This document shows positions 1 through 9,131 of a stretch of DNA of 64,000 bases, piece by piece (position 1 is the first letter of the stretch; every line of letters starts with the position of its first letter). The stretch comes from Nitrospirota bacterium (GTDB taxonomy: Bacteria; Nitrospirota; UBA9217). The position numbers were made by a program, and so were the translations under genes. The stretch covers positions 1,120,001 through 1,184,000 of the forward strand of contig CAWBNQ010000001.1 in NCBI GenBank assembly GCA_963790205.1, in the 5' to 3' direction. The notes beneath the pieces were generated by a model. The model was given only the letters and a program-made list of their open reading frames with translations, had not been told where the DNA came from and did not search any database.

Positions 1-2
1 AT

Positions 3-2645
3 ACAATAATAGCGTACACAAGCACATCCGTTACCGCAGTTTTCGGGATTGCGGGTCTTGCAGCCTGGTGGCTCGTTCATCCGCGCTCCGACAGTCTTTT
101 GATGGCCCCGGCAACGGCCGTGTCGTTCATGATGCTGGGCAGTGCCTTGCTGCTCAAGGCCGGAGGGGGCAGCCGTCCTTTCGTTCGGCAGTCGGCCCGG
201 GGCATTACGATCGCGGTGACCTTCTTTTCCATCCTGGTCGTATTGCAGGCTGTCGCGGGCATCGTGCTCGGGATGGAAATATTCTTCCCCCGCGCCGATG
301 GAGCTTCCCCGCAGGTTCCGATCGACCGCATGCACGCTGTTACCGCCGCAATTTTTTCATTGTCAGGGCTTTCCGCCATACCGCTTTTTTTCAAGAGCGT
401 CTCAAAAATCCCCATAAAATATGTCTCGGTTGCGATGTCCTCACTGTTGTTCACCGCAGGCGCTCTTCTTGCGGCTTCCTGCTGGGAGGGGACGCCGCTT
501 CTCTATAACGGCAACACCATATTGGTAAACTTGTCCACGGCGCTCGGCTTTCTCACGCTCGGGCTCGGAGTTCATTCATTGTCAGCCCTGCAGAGTCCCT
601 CCGAGAAGTGTGAAGACGACCTTGAACGCCATTCTCTGAGAAGAGAGCTTCCGGCGGTCCTCACTCTGAGTACTGGAATTGCCTTGGCTGTTGTATTCTT
701 CACCATTGTGCACCGGCTGGAATTTAAGGCAATTCAGAATGAATTCAACCGTGACACCGAAAACTTCTCGGTGGCGCTTGAGAGGGGTGTTGAAGGGAAA
801 CTGAACGCACTCCGCGACCTCGAGGGTTTTTACGGATCTTCCGCTCACGTGACAAGGGCCGCTTTCCATACCTATGTGAACAACGTATTATCGCACAATG
901 CCGGTATTTATGCTCTTCAATGGATGCCTCGCGTCGCGGGCGCAGAGCGAAGCGCCTACGAGGCCGCCGCGACCAGGAACGGTTTTTCACAATTCCGCTT
1001 TACGAAGCTGAACGCGCAAAGGCAGGTCGTCACTGCCGATGAGCGGGATGAGTACTTTCCCGTCTACTATACGGAGCCATACCGGGAAAACAGGATGACG
1101 CTCGGTCTGGACCTCGCATCGATTCCCGCCCGCAAGCTACTTCTCGATAAGGCACGGGATACGGGAGCGGCGGTAGCCACTGGCAGGCTCAGGTTGCTCC
1201 AGGAAAAAGGCGACAAATACGCCTTTCTCGCAATACAGCCCGTCTATCGCACTGGTTTGCCTCATTATACGCTTAAAGACCGTCGAAGGAATCTGATCGG
1301 CTTTGTTTCCGGAGTTTTTTATATCGGAGAACTGGCCGAAGCTGCATTAAAAGGAATTAATCTGGAAGGAATTAAAATCTCCCTGGTTGACGATTCCGCT
1401 CCGCCGGATGAGGCCGCGCTCTACTCAAATCTCACACAAGAGAATTCCGCAGGCAGCATTTTATACTTTCTCACAACACTGAATATCGCGGACCGAAAAT
1501 GGGCGGTGGAATTCTACCCGACAGATCAGTACCTGTCGGCGCATAAGACCCCCTACTCATGGGCGATTCTCGGCTGTGGGTTCGGTTTTACCATTCTGCT
1601 TACCTTATACGCTTCCAAGAGAGAACGATATGCTTCGGAAATCGAGCGATCAAACAAAATCATCGGAACTGTCCTGAACAGCATAGACGCAGCTATCTCT
1701 ATCATCGGTTCAAAAGATTTGAAGATACTGGCGTGCAACAAGGTGTTCATGCAAGAGGCAGGAGTGGAGGAGGAGATCGTTGGCAAGCCGTGCCACGAGG
1801 TGCTGTATAAGAGAGTACCAACCTGTCGCGAGGAATGCATCGTGAGACGCGCGATGGAAACAGGGGAGCATGCCGTCCGCGAGCATCTCCATTACACCCC
1901 TGACGGAGCAGAAAGACATCGCGAGGTCAGCGTTTTTCCGGTCAAAGACGCTACGGGAAGCGTGATACAGATAGTACATGTTTCACAGGACATAACCGAG
2001 CGCAAGCAGGTGGAGCAGGCGCGGCTTCAGGAGCAGGAAATGCGCCGGCTGTCCGCGGAACGGCAGGTCGTCGAAGCGCAGCTCCGTATCCTGCAGGCCC
2101 AGATAGAGCCCCATTTCCTGTTCAATACCCTTGCAAACATAGTCAGTCTTGTTGACAACGAACCGGCAGCCGCCAAGCAAATGCTCCAATATTTCACGAC
2201 CTATTTGCGCCAGTCGCTGCAGCAGTCCAGGAAGGACAGTTCCACGCTGGGCCAGGAGGCGGACCTGCTCAAGGGCTACCTCAGCATCTTCAAGCTGCGG
2301 CTCGGTCCGCGATTGCAATTCAAAATAGATATTCCCGAAGGATTGCGCGAATTGCCGGTCCCTCCGATGCTCTTGCAGCCTCTGGTGGAAAACTCGATTA
2401 TCCATGGCATCGAACCGAAGGTCGAGGGCGGCACGATAACAGTCGCGGCAGAAAGACATGAGACACTTCTTCGGCTGGTGATCTCGGACACCGGCCTTGG
2501 CTTCACGGACCTGGTAAAAGCGAACGGCATGGGCATCAATAATGTGAAATCGCGCCTCCAGGCGCTCTACGCAGATCGCGCCGGTCTTGTTCTCGACGAG
2601 AACACCCCCTGCGGTGTAACCGCGGTCCTTGAGGTGCCGTTATGA
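3..2645 (+). CDS. LytS/YehU-family sensor histidine kinase (TM helices, CHASE, PAS, His_kinase, HATPase); 5' end lies outside the window
   Basis: Frame is open from nt 3 (TIIAYTSTSVTAVFGIAG...). LytS H-box LQAQIEPHFLFNTL, N-box LQPLVENSIIHG, G-boxes DTGLG and GMGINNV. CHASE-like EYFPVYYTEPY...LGLDL. Confidence 0.9.
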   Translation, partial: TIIAYTSTSVTAVFGIAGLAAWWLVHPRSDSLLMAPATAVSFMMLGSALLLKAGGGSRPFVRQSARGITIAVTFFSILVVLQAVAGIVLGMEIFFPRADGASPQVPIDRMHAVTAAIFSLSGLSAIPLFFKSVSKIPIKYVSVAMSSLLFTAGALLAASCWEGTPLLYNGNTILVNLSTALGFLTLGLGVHSLSALQSPSEKCEDDLERHSLRRELPAVLTLSTGIALAVVFFTIVHRLEFKAIQNEFNRDTENFSVALERGVEGKLNALRDLEGFYGSSAHVTRAAFHTYVNNVLSHNAGIYALQWMPRVAGAERSAYEAAATRNGFSQFRFTKLNAQRQVVTADERDEYFPVYYTEPYRENRMTLGLDLASIPARKLLLDKARDTGAAVATGRLRLLQEKGDKYAFLAIQPVYRTGLPHYTLKDRRRNLIGFVSGVFYIGELAEAALKGINLEGIKISLVDDSAPPDEAALYSNLTQENSAGSILYFLTTLNIADRKWAVEFYPTDQYLSAHKTPYSWAILGCGFGFTILLTLYASKRERYASEIERSNKIIGTVLNSIDAAISIIGSKDLKILACNKVFMQEAGVEEEIVGKPCHEVLYKRVPTCREECIVRRAMETGEHAVREHLHYTPDGAERHREVSVFPVKDATGSVIQIVHVSQDITERKQVEQARLQEQEMRRLSAERQVVEAQLRILQAQIEPHFLFNTLANIVSLVDNEPAAAKQMLQYFTTYLRQSLQQSRKDSSTLGQEADLLKGYLSIFKLRLGPRLQFKIDIPEGLRELPVPPMLLQPLVENSIIHGIEPKVEGGTITVAAERHETLLRLVISDTGLGFTDLVKANGMGINNVKSRLQALYADRAGLVLDENTPCGVTAVLEVPL

Positions 2646-3397
2646 GCGTACGGGTTTTGATCGCCGATGATGAACCAAAACTGGCAAAGTATCTTGCCGA
2701 ACGTCTGGTCGCACTCTGGCCCGGCGTCGAAGTCTGCGACACCGCAGCAAACGGCGACGAAGCGCTCGCAAAAATACAGGAGCGGAAACCCGACGTGGCC
2801 TTCCTCGATATCAAGATGCCGGGGATGTCCGGGCTGGAGGTCGCCAGAAAGATCAGCCATCCCTGTCTGGTGGTCTTTGTGACGGCATACCATAAGTATG
2901 CCGTGGACGCATTCGAGGAGGAGGCAGTCGATTACCTGCTCAAACCGGTGAACGATGAGCGGCTCAAAAGGACGATAACCCGCATACAAGAACGCCAGGC
3001 CGGCAAGGGCGGGGACCGGAACCTGGAAACGCTCTTGTCCAAGCTCGCCCAGACGATGGAACGCAAGGATGATTATGTGCGCTACTTCCGCGCGACCTCG
3101 GGCAAGGTCACCCGCCTCATCTCCGCCAGCGACGTCCTCTTTATACGGGCACACTCGAAATATACGCTCGTTATTACGAAGGAAGGAGAGTTTTTGATGC
3201 GCCTTTCCCTGAGCCAGCTCATCAAGCAGCTCAATCCTGAACAGTTCTGGCAAATCCATCGTTCCACGATCGTAAACGCTTCCAAGGTCATTTCCGTAAT
3301 GCAAACAGGCCGCGAAGAGCACGTGCTCCGTATCTGTGATCATGAGGCACTTCTGCCGGTGAGCAGGTCGTTTCTCCATTTGTTTAAACAGATGTGA
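2642..3397 (+). CDS. LytTR-family response regulator
   Basis: REC motifs IADDE, FLDIKMPG, FVTAY, DYLLKP. LytTR domain FWQIHRSTIVN...VSRS. 4-nt overlap with the kinase. Confidence 0.95.
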   Translation: MSVRVLIADDEPKLAKYLAERLVALWPGVEVCDTAANGDEALAKIQERKPDVAFLDIKMPGMSGLEVARKISHPCLVVFVTAYHKYAVDAFEEEAVDYLLKPVNDERLKRTITRIQERQAGKGGDRNLETLLSKLAQTMERKDDYVRYFRATSGKVTRLISASDVLFIRAHSKYTLVITKEGEFLMRLSLSQLIKQLNPEQFWQIHRSTIVNASKVISVMQTGREEHVLRICDHEALLPVSRSFLHLFKQM

Positions 3398-3480
3398 AGG
3401 CAAAACAGGCGCTGCCGTATCGCCTTCAAGGATCATGATACTTTATTATCAATTTTCAAAGCCCTTCCCCTCCGAATAAG

Positions 3481-3571
3481 CGTCGTTATTCATTCCCTGT
3501 GGTCGTATTTCAATCCCTGGAATTCTTCTTTGGTCGCAAAGTAGTTGCAAGAGAGGTTGTCGCCCTATAAT
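3481..3571 (+). promoter_or_regulatory. Tandem 20-bp imperfect direct repeat (candidate LytTR site) upstream of a sigma70-like promoter
   Basis: cgtcgttattcattccctgt (3481-3500) and ggtcgtatttcaatccctgg (3501-3520) match at 15/20. TTGCAA at 3545-3550, TATAAT at 3566-3571. Confidence 0.5.
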
Positions 3572-3739
3572 ATTGTACCCATTCTAAAATAATCCATTTT
3601 GTGTGAAGGGGTTCAGATTTCCGTTTTTTGGTGCTATACTTAGCCCTATATACCAAGAGGTTGAATCCGTATGTTTGGCAAAAAAATGGTCAATGGTCAG
3701 ATGGGAAAGAAGATCAAAACGAAGACCGACAGTATGCTT

Positions 3740-3930
3740 ACAGGTATGTCTTCGACCATCCCTATGCAGTGGTCACCGATGCCTCGGGCAAGTTCTTCAT
3801 AAAAGATATCCCGCGGAGATCTATACTATCGAAGCCCGGCACGAGGCGCTGGGAAACGAAAAAATCGCCGACGTAAACATCGAAAGTGGAAAGCCATCAC
3901 CATAAGGCTGAAATATACCAAGAAACAATA
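3740..3930 (+). pseudogene. Frameshifted fragment paralogous to the C-terminus of the downstream cupredoxin-like gene
   Basis: YVFDHPYAVVTDASGKFFIKDIP / AEIYTIEARHEALGNEKIADVNIESGK in different frames aligns with ILDNPYGATTNAKGEFTIKDIPAGTYTVEAWHEALGKVKEANVKVESGK. Confidence 0.75.
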
Positions 3931-3954
3931 ATTCTCTGATCAAGAAGGAGGTAC

Positions 3955-4671
3955 ATGATGCGAAAAGGTAGTATTTTTCTCAGTGTCTTTGCAGTAATGT
4001 TTTCTTTGTCCTCGGTTTCCTTTGCCTATGAAACAATCGAGGTCAAAAATGGAGGAAGCATTGAGGGAGTAGTGGAGTTTGCAGGAGCCAATGTTCCGAA
4101 GGACCCGATACTCCACCTCAGCTCGGAGACGAAATACTGCGGGAAAAGCCTTCCCGCGGAAAAATATATGATCAAGGACCGGAAGATCGAAAATGTGATC
4201 GTGTATCTCGTGGATGTCAAGTCCGGGAAGGCCGTTCCGACCACGCCCATCACCCTGACCAACATAAAATGCGCGTTTGAACCCCACGTTGCCGTGGGCT
4301 TCAAGGGTGGCAAGATCACCCAGCGGAACGATGATCCCATCTTCCACAATATCCATACCTATTTGAACGGAAGGACGATGTACAACATCGGTCTTCCTGA
4401 AAAAGGTTCTTCGGTCACGAAACCGCTGCTCCGGGACGGACTCTTGGAAGTGACCTGCGACAGCCATCCCTGGATGCACGGCTTCGTCCAGATACTCGAC
4501 AATCCCTATGGCGCAACCACCAATGCAAAAGGTGAATTTACGATCAAGGACATACCCGCCGGCACGTATACGGTTGAAGCCTGGCATGAAGCGCTGGGCA
4601 AAGTCAAGGAAGCGAACGTCAAGGTTGAAAGCGGAAAGACCACTAAGATCAAGATAGAATACAAAAAATAA
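3955..4671 (+). CDS. Secreted cupredoxin-like protein with carboxypeptidase-regulatory-like domain
   Basis: Signal peptide ending SFA-YE. FHNIH...CDSHPWM gives a His...Cys-x2-His-x2-Met type-1 copper ligand pattern. RBS AAGGAGG. Confidence 0.75.
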   Translation: MMRKGSIFLSVFAVMFSLSSVSFAYETIEVKNGGSIEGVVEFAGANVPKDPILHLSSETKYCGKSLPAEKYMIKDRKIENVIVYLVDVKSGKAVPTTPITLTNIKCAFEPHVAVGFKGGKITQRNDDPIFHNIHTYLNGRTMYNIGLPEKGSSVTKPLLRDGLLEVTCDSHPWMHGFVQILDNPYGATTNAKGEFTIKDIPAGTYTVEAWHEALGKVKEANVKVESGKTTKIKIEYKK

Positions 4672-4711
4672 AGGCGGTGCCATTCTAACAACTACATCTA
4701 AGGAGGAGGTC

Positions 4712-5974
4712 ATGAAAAAAGGAATTTTTTTATCGGTCCTGTCACTGCTGCTCGCTGTCATCCTGATGCCGCTCGAGTCCCAGGCTGTTCCATCCTATGC
4801 CCGGCAGGTCAAGAAGCCCTGCACCGCCTGCCACACCGTCTGGGGGAACCTGAACCAGTACGGCAGGCAGTTCAAGGTCAAGGCCTACACGGACGTGAGC
4901 CCCGACTGGGAGATGATCAACAAGGACAACATGAACCTGCCCGTGACCGCCCCGTTTTCCACGAGGGTCGTCATGGAGCCTCTGGTACATGAGAGCGGTC
5001 TCTCAACCCCGGGCTCGAGTGATGTAAACCAGGTCGCGATCTTCATGGCGGGCAGGGTTTTTGACTACGCCGGCATATTTACGAGCGCCGAGGCTGATGG
5101 TTTTGGCTCTACGGGCGGCACTTTTTCCATACCGACAGTTAAAGTGGCCTTCCAGTATCCGCTGGGAGAGGGGAATACCATCGGCCTGGTCTCCTTCGCA
5201 GGGCTTGCTGCGTCAGCAGACCCTTTTAACAGCATCGGGGGCAGGGACCGGGACCTGCTTTTTGATGACGGGACGCCCTTTATCCTGAACACCGGCTGGA
5301 CGTTCAACTTCTGGAGCCCGAACAACTTCGGTGAAGTTCTTCACGGTTATTTCATCGGGAACCGTCTCTATGCAGCCGTCGGCGTGATGAGAGGCGGAAG
5401 CGCAGGGGACGGTATCGGCGGCCTGGCGAATAATGATAAGTCGGACCCCAATGATATGTACTCGCGCATCGCCTGGGACCAGAAGCTTCCGAACGGCGCG
5501 GTCACCGTCGGGCTTGTTAACTATAACGGCACCCAGCGGATGCTTGACATCGCCGGTAACCCTGCGTACGATTCCAAGGTCAAGAGGACCTATGCCGACC
5601 TGTCGCTGGAGCAGAATTACGGAGAGGACCACCTCGTCGAAGTGCAGGCCATCTACGGAGGCGGCAAGGACGAGGACGCCTTCGGCAACAGCACGGACAG
5701 AAAGTTCAACGGCTCCTATCTTGAGGCCGATTATTATTATGACAGGACCTTCGGGGTGATCGGCGCCATCAACAACATCACCTATAAGGATGTCGTTCTC
5801 GGGGTCGACCCGAATCCGATGGATACGCAAAAGCAGTGGATGGCCGGTTTCAATTACCTGCCCTGGCTGAACACGAAATTAGCCCTTCAATTCAGCAGCA
5901 CCAAAACGACGCTTGTGGACGGCACGAGCTCGACCGACAGGATAAGCAAGGTCATTCTGGATCTGCTGTTCTAA
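4712..5974 (+). CDS. cyc2: Cyc2-like monoheme cytochrome c-porin fusion (outer membrane)
   Basis: Signal peptide, then AVPSYARQVKKPCTACHTVWGNLNQYGRQFKVKAY, matching the Cyc2 N-terminal pattern PxF/YARQ-x4-CxxCH...GRxFK. Beta-strand-rich remainder ending in Phe (DLLF). Confidence 0.75.
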   Translation: MKKGIFLSVLSLLLAVILMPLESQAVPSYARQVKKPCTACHTVWGNLNQYGRQFKVKAYTDVSPDWEMINKDNMNLPVTAPFSTRVVMEPLVHESGLSTPGSSDVNQVAIFMAGRVFDYAGIFTSAEADGFGSTGGTFSIPTVKVAFQYPLGEGNTIGLVSFAGLAASADPFNSIGGRDRDLLFDDGTPFILNTGWTFNFWSPNNFGEVLHGYFIGNRLYAAVGVMRGGSAGDGIGGLANNDKSDPNDMYSRIAWDQKLPNGAVTVGLVNYNGTQRMLDIAGNPAYDSKVKRTYADLSLEQNYGEDHLVEVQAIYGGGKDEDAFGNSTDRKFNGSYLEADYYYDRTFGVIGAINNITYKDVVLGVDPNPMDTQKQWMAGFNYLPWLNTKLALQFSSTKTTLVDGTSSTDRISKVILDLLF

Positions 5975-5985
5975 CATTTATGTGA

Positions 5986-6020
5986 GCCCCCCGGGGGACG
6001 GACCCGCCCCCCGGGGTTTC
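5986..6020 (+). terminator. GC-rich intercistronic hairpin (terminator or mRNA stabiliser)
   Basis: ccccggggg-acggacccgc-cccccgggg followed by ttt. Confidence 0.55.
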
Positions 6021-6043
6021 CCCTACAAAAGCAGGAGGTAGCG

Positions 6044-7789
6044 ATGGCGGAAGCCGGCGTAAGCAAGGGCATCCTCAAAGGCATTATAAAGTTTACTGCC
6101 ATACTCGGCGCAGGGTTCGTACTCCTTGCCGTATTGAAAAAAGTGCTGCCCCTGCCCACGGAAGACGGGTACCGGTTTTTCCCCCTGATCGGCAGCAGGG
6201 ACTGGATCTGGATCGTGGCCCAGCTCCACTTGAATTTTGCCGCTTTTGTCCTCGGGGTCCCCATCTTCGCCGTGACCATGGAGTACCTCGGATGGAAAAA
6301 GGGAGAAGCGAGACTGGACCGGATCGCTTATGATTTCACCAAGCTCTTCACGCTCGCCTATACCGTGACGGCGGTGCTGGGCTCGGTCTTCCTCGTGAGC
6401 CTTCCGCTCCTCTACCCGAAATTCATCGATTACATGATGAAGATCCTCGGGCCCACTTGGTGGCTGTACCTCATCGTGATGTATGGCGAGGTGTTTGTCT
6501 GCTATTATTATTTCTATTCCTGGCAAAAAATGAAGGGCCGGAAGGGCCTGCATGTGCTCCTGGGCGTGCTGTTAAACGTCCTGGGCGCGACGCTTTTGTT
6601 GATCACGAGCGCCTGGGTCGGGTTCATGACTACCCCGGCCGGCGTGAGCCCGGACGGCGAGCTTTTGAGCAGGTGGGCCGCGATCCATACGCACATGTGG
6701 ATCCCTCTGTTCCTGCACCGGTTCGTGGCCAATATCGTGTTCGGGGCCGGCATCGCGGCGGCCTATGCCGCGTTCCGGTTCATTACGGCCAGGACGCCCG
6801 AAGAAAAGGCGTACTATGACTGGATGGGATACACCTCCGCGATCATCTCGATCGGGGCCTCTCTTCTGCTTCCCGGAGTCGGCTATCTTCTCGGCGTTGA
6901 AATTTATTCCTTCAACGAGCAGATGGGTATCCAGCTTATGGGCGGGTTCTTTGCGTGGCTCTGGGTCATGCAGGCGATCATGATCGGGGCGATCCTGTTT
7001 TTTATCAACTATTATCTCTGGATATCGCTCCAGAAGATGCCGGGCGGGGAGCGGTATTACAAGTACGTGAAATTCCTGTTCATCGTTCTTCTTCTCGGAT
7101 ACGCCGTATGGATCACGCCGCACGACGTGGCGCTGAGCCTGGAAGAGGCGCGGCGCACGGGCACGTACCACCCGGCCCTCGGGAAACTCGGCGTGATGGC
7201 GGCCAAGAATACGGCGGTCATCCTGTCCTACCTCGCGACATTCCTGAGCTTCGCCATTTTCCGGATGAGCAATAAGGAACCGACCGTGTCCTGGGCAAAG
7301 ACCGGTCACCGGGCGCGCGCGATCATCATAGTCGTCTCGGCCGCGGGCGTGCTGGCGCTCGGCATCTACAGCTACCTGGTTCCGGCCGCGGTACGGGTGA
7401 AGGTGCTTTCGCCCATCCAGTTCGGACTCTTCTTTGTCGGCCTTGCCGCACTCTACATCCTGGACAACTACATGTACAAGGGCGCGAAGATAATCGGTGA
7501 GCCGCGGTGGGGCAGGATGCCAGAGCGGTCGCAGTATGCGCTCATCGCGATCACCGTGACCTTTACCTGGCTCATGGGGATGCTGGGCTACATGAGGGCG
7601 GGCGCCAGGCAGTACTGGCATGTGTACGGGATCATGAAGAACACGAGCCCCGACGCCTTTCTGCCCACCCACGGCTATGCATCGGTCGTGGTCACGATCG
7701 TAACGTTGCTCTTCTTTGTGCTCATCTCCCTGGTGTTCTGGAGCATCATGAAGCTCGAGCAAGTCGCTGAAAAAAGGAGGGGGCACTGA
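6044..7789 (+). CDS. Cytochrome bd-like oxidase subunit I (CydA-like, Nitrospira/anammox-type, OR-N-like)
   Basis: Polytopic membrane protein. QLHLNFAAFVLG (heme b595 His region), LFLHRFVANI (b558 His region), GYMRAGARQYW (GRQPW-like). No cydB nearby. Confidence 0.8.
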   Translation: MAEAGVSKGILKGIIKFTAILGAGFVLLAVLKKVLPLPTEDGYRFFPLIGSRDWIWIVAQLHLNFAAFVLGVPIFAVTMEYLGWKKGEARLDRIAYDFTKLFTLAYTVTAVLGSVFLVSLPLLYPKFIDYMMKILGPTWWLYLIVMYGEVFVCYYYFYSWQKMKGRKGLHVLLGVLLNVLGATLLLITSAWVGFMTTPAGVSPDGELLSRWAAIHTHMWIPLFLHRFVANIVFGAGIAAAYAAFRFITARTPEEKAYYDWMGYTSAIISIGASLLLPGVGYLLGVEIYSFNEQMGIQLMGGFFAWLWVMQAIMIGAILFFINYYLWISLQKMPGGERYYKYVKFLFIVLLLGYAVWITPHDVALSLEEARRTGTYHPALGKLGVMAAKNTAVILSYLATFLSFAIFRMSNKEPTVSWAKTGHRARAIIIVVSAAGVLALGIYSYLVPAAVRVKVLSPIQFGLFFVGLAALYILDNYMYKGAKIIGEPRWGRMPERSQYALIAITVTFTWLMGMLGYMRAGARQYWHVYGIMKNTSPDAFLPTHGYASVVVTIVTLLFFVLISLVFWSIMKLEQVAEKRRGH

Positions 7790-8304
7790 TGAAAAAAGGC
7801 ATCCTGAAGCTCGCGGGCATCATCGTGGGCCTGAACTTCTTGTTCATGTACATCGGCCTCGAATTTCTGCCCCAGTCCGAGTCCCGGCCGCCGAAGGTCA
7901 TCAAGATCGAGGAAGGCATCTCCCAGGACGATCTCATCCATGTGGGTGAAGAGATCGTGTTCGGGAAAGGCCAGTGCATGGTCTGTCATCCGGTAAAACC
8001 GGAAGCGGGCATGAGGGCCCCGGCAATGTCCACCATCGGGGCGGAGATCGAAAAGGAGGCGAAGGAGCGGGGGATCACACCGGAAGAGCATGCCTTCGAG
8101 GCGCTCGTGAACCCGTCCAAATACATCGTGAAGGGCTTCGAAGACATCATGTCGCCCGTGCACACGCCCCCGACGTCCTTGACCGACGGAGAGATCATCG
8201 CGGTGGTCGCTTATCTGCAGAGCCAGGGTGGAAAAGTGACGGTATCCTATCCCGGGTCCGTTCCGGTCCTGAAAGACCAGATATCGAAAGCAGGAGGGAA
8301 GTAA
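7789..8304 (+). CDS. Membrane-anchored monoheme cytochrome c
   Basis: N-terminal TM helix, CMVCH, downstream Met candidates. Confidence 0.85.
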   Translation: MKKGILKLAGIIVGLNFLFMYIGLEFLPQSESRPPKVIKIEEGISQDDLIHVGEEIVFGKGQCMVCHPVKPEAGMRAPAMSTIGAEIEKEAKERGITPEEHAFEALVNPSKYIVKGFEDIMSPVHTPPTSLTDGEIIAVVAYLQSQGGKVTVSYPGSVPVLKDQISKAGGK

Positions 8305-8305
8305 G

Positions 8306-9109
8306 ATGCAATTCATATTTCCCATCATCACCATACTGGGCGTGGCGATCGCGATCGCCTCCAGCCGGAAAAGCGCCCCGTTCTTTCAGTTCATCGGCAT
8401 CCTTGCCGCCATCTACGCCGGATTAAAGAGCGTGTCGCTCGTGATGCCCCCGCTGCCGGGGCAGGTCGTCCACATGTTCATGATCATGTCCTTTTTTTCG
8501 TTCCTCGTCTATTTCTCGATCCAGGACGAAACGCTCAAGGCCTTTCTCGAGCCCATGCGGGCGGTGCTTGCCGACGACGACAAAAAAATCCCGAGGATCG
8601 TCATCGTCTACATCCTCATCCCCGTGCTGGCCGGATATTTCACCTACGCCGCGGTAAAGCCCGCCTTTGAACCGCCGCTCTCGCCGAGGATCACGCATCC
8701 CGAGCCGCCGTCGCAGATCGACTTCAAAGGAAATACCATAAATATTCTCGGACTGGAAAACCCCTTGCGCAAGGATACGGCCAATTTCACGGCTAATGTA
8801 CAAGAGGGGAAAGTCATTTACTTTCAGAACTGCTTCTTCTGCCACGGCGCAGACCTCGACGGGCGGGGACAGTTCGCCCAGGCGTTCAACCCGCCGCCCC
8901 CTCCCTTCCGGGGCACGGATACGATCGCGCAATTGCCGGAGTCGTATGTTTTCTGGCGCATTGCAAAAGGATGGAGGGGCCTTCCGCCGGGCGCGACCCC
9001 GTGGGATTCAGCCATGCCCTCATTCGAGGATATGCTGACCCAGGATCAAATATGGAAGGCAATTCTCTACATTTACGACGCTACCGGCAACAAACCGAGG
9101 ACGTGGTGA
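8306..9109 (+). CDS. Multi-pass membrane monoheme cytochrome c
   Basis: About 4 hydrophobic segments, then CFFCHG...SAMPSF. Confidence 0.85.
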   Translation: MQFIFPIITILGVAIAIASSRKSAPFFQFIGILAAIYAGLKSVSLVMPPLPGQVVHMFMIMSFFSFLVYFSIQDETLKAFLEPMRAVLADDDKKIPRIVIVYILIPVLAGYFTYAAVKPAFEPPLSPRITHPEPPSQIDFKGNTINILGLENPLRKDTANFTANVQEGKVIYFQNCFFCHGADLDGRGQFAQAFNPPPPPFRGTDTIAQLPESYVFWRIAKGWRGLPPGATPWDSAMPSFEDMLTQDQIWKAILYIYDATGNKPRTW

Positions 9110-9131
9110 CATGCGAAAGGGAGATTTTACC

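Noticed and set aside
6572..7786. Long antisense ORFs (also 29985-31703, 34357-35835, 46566-47966, 48474-49871, 50925-52340)
   Set aside because: Shadows of GC-rich sense genes with no recognisable motifs.
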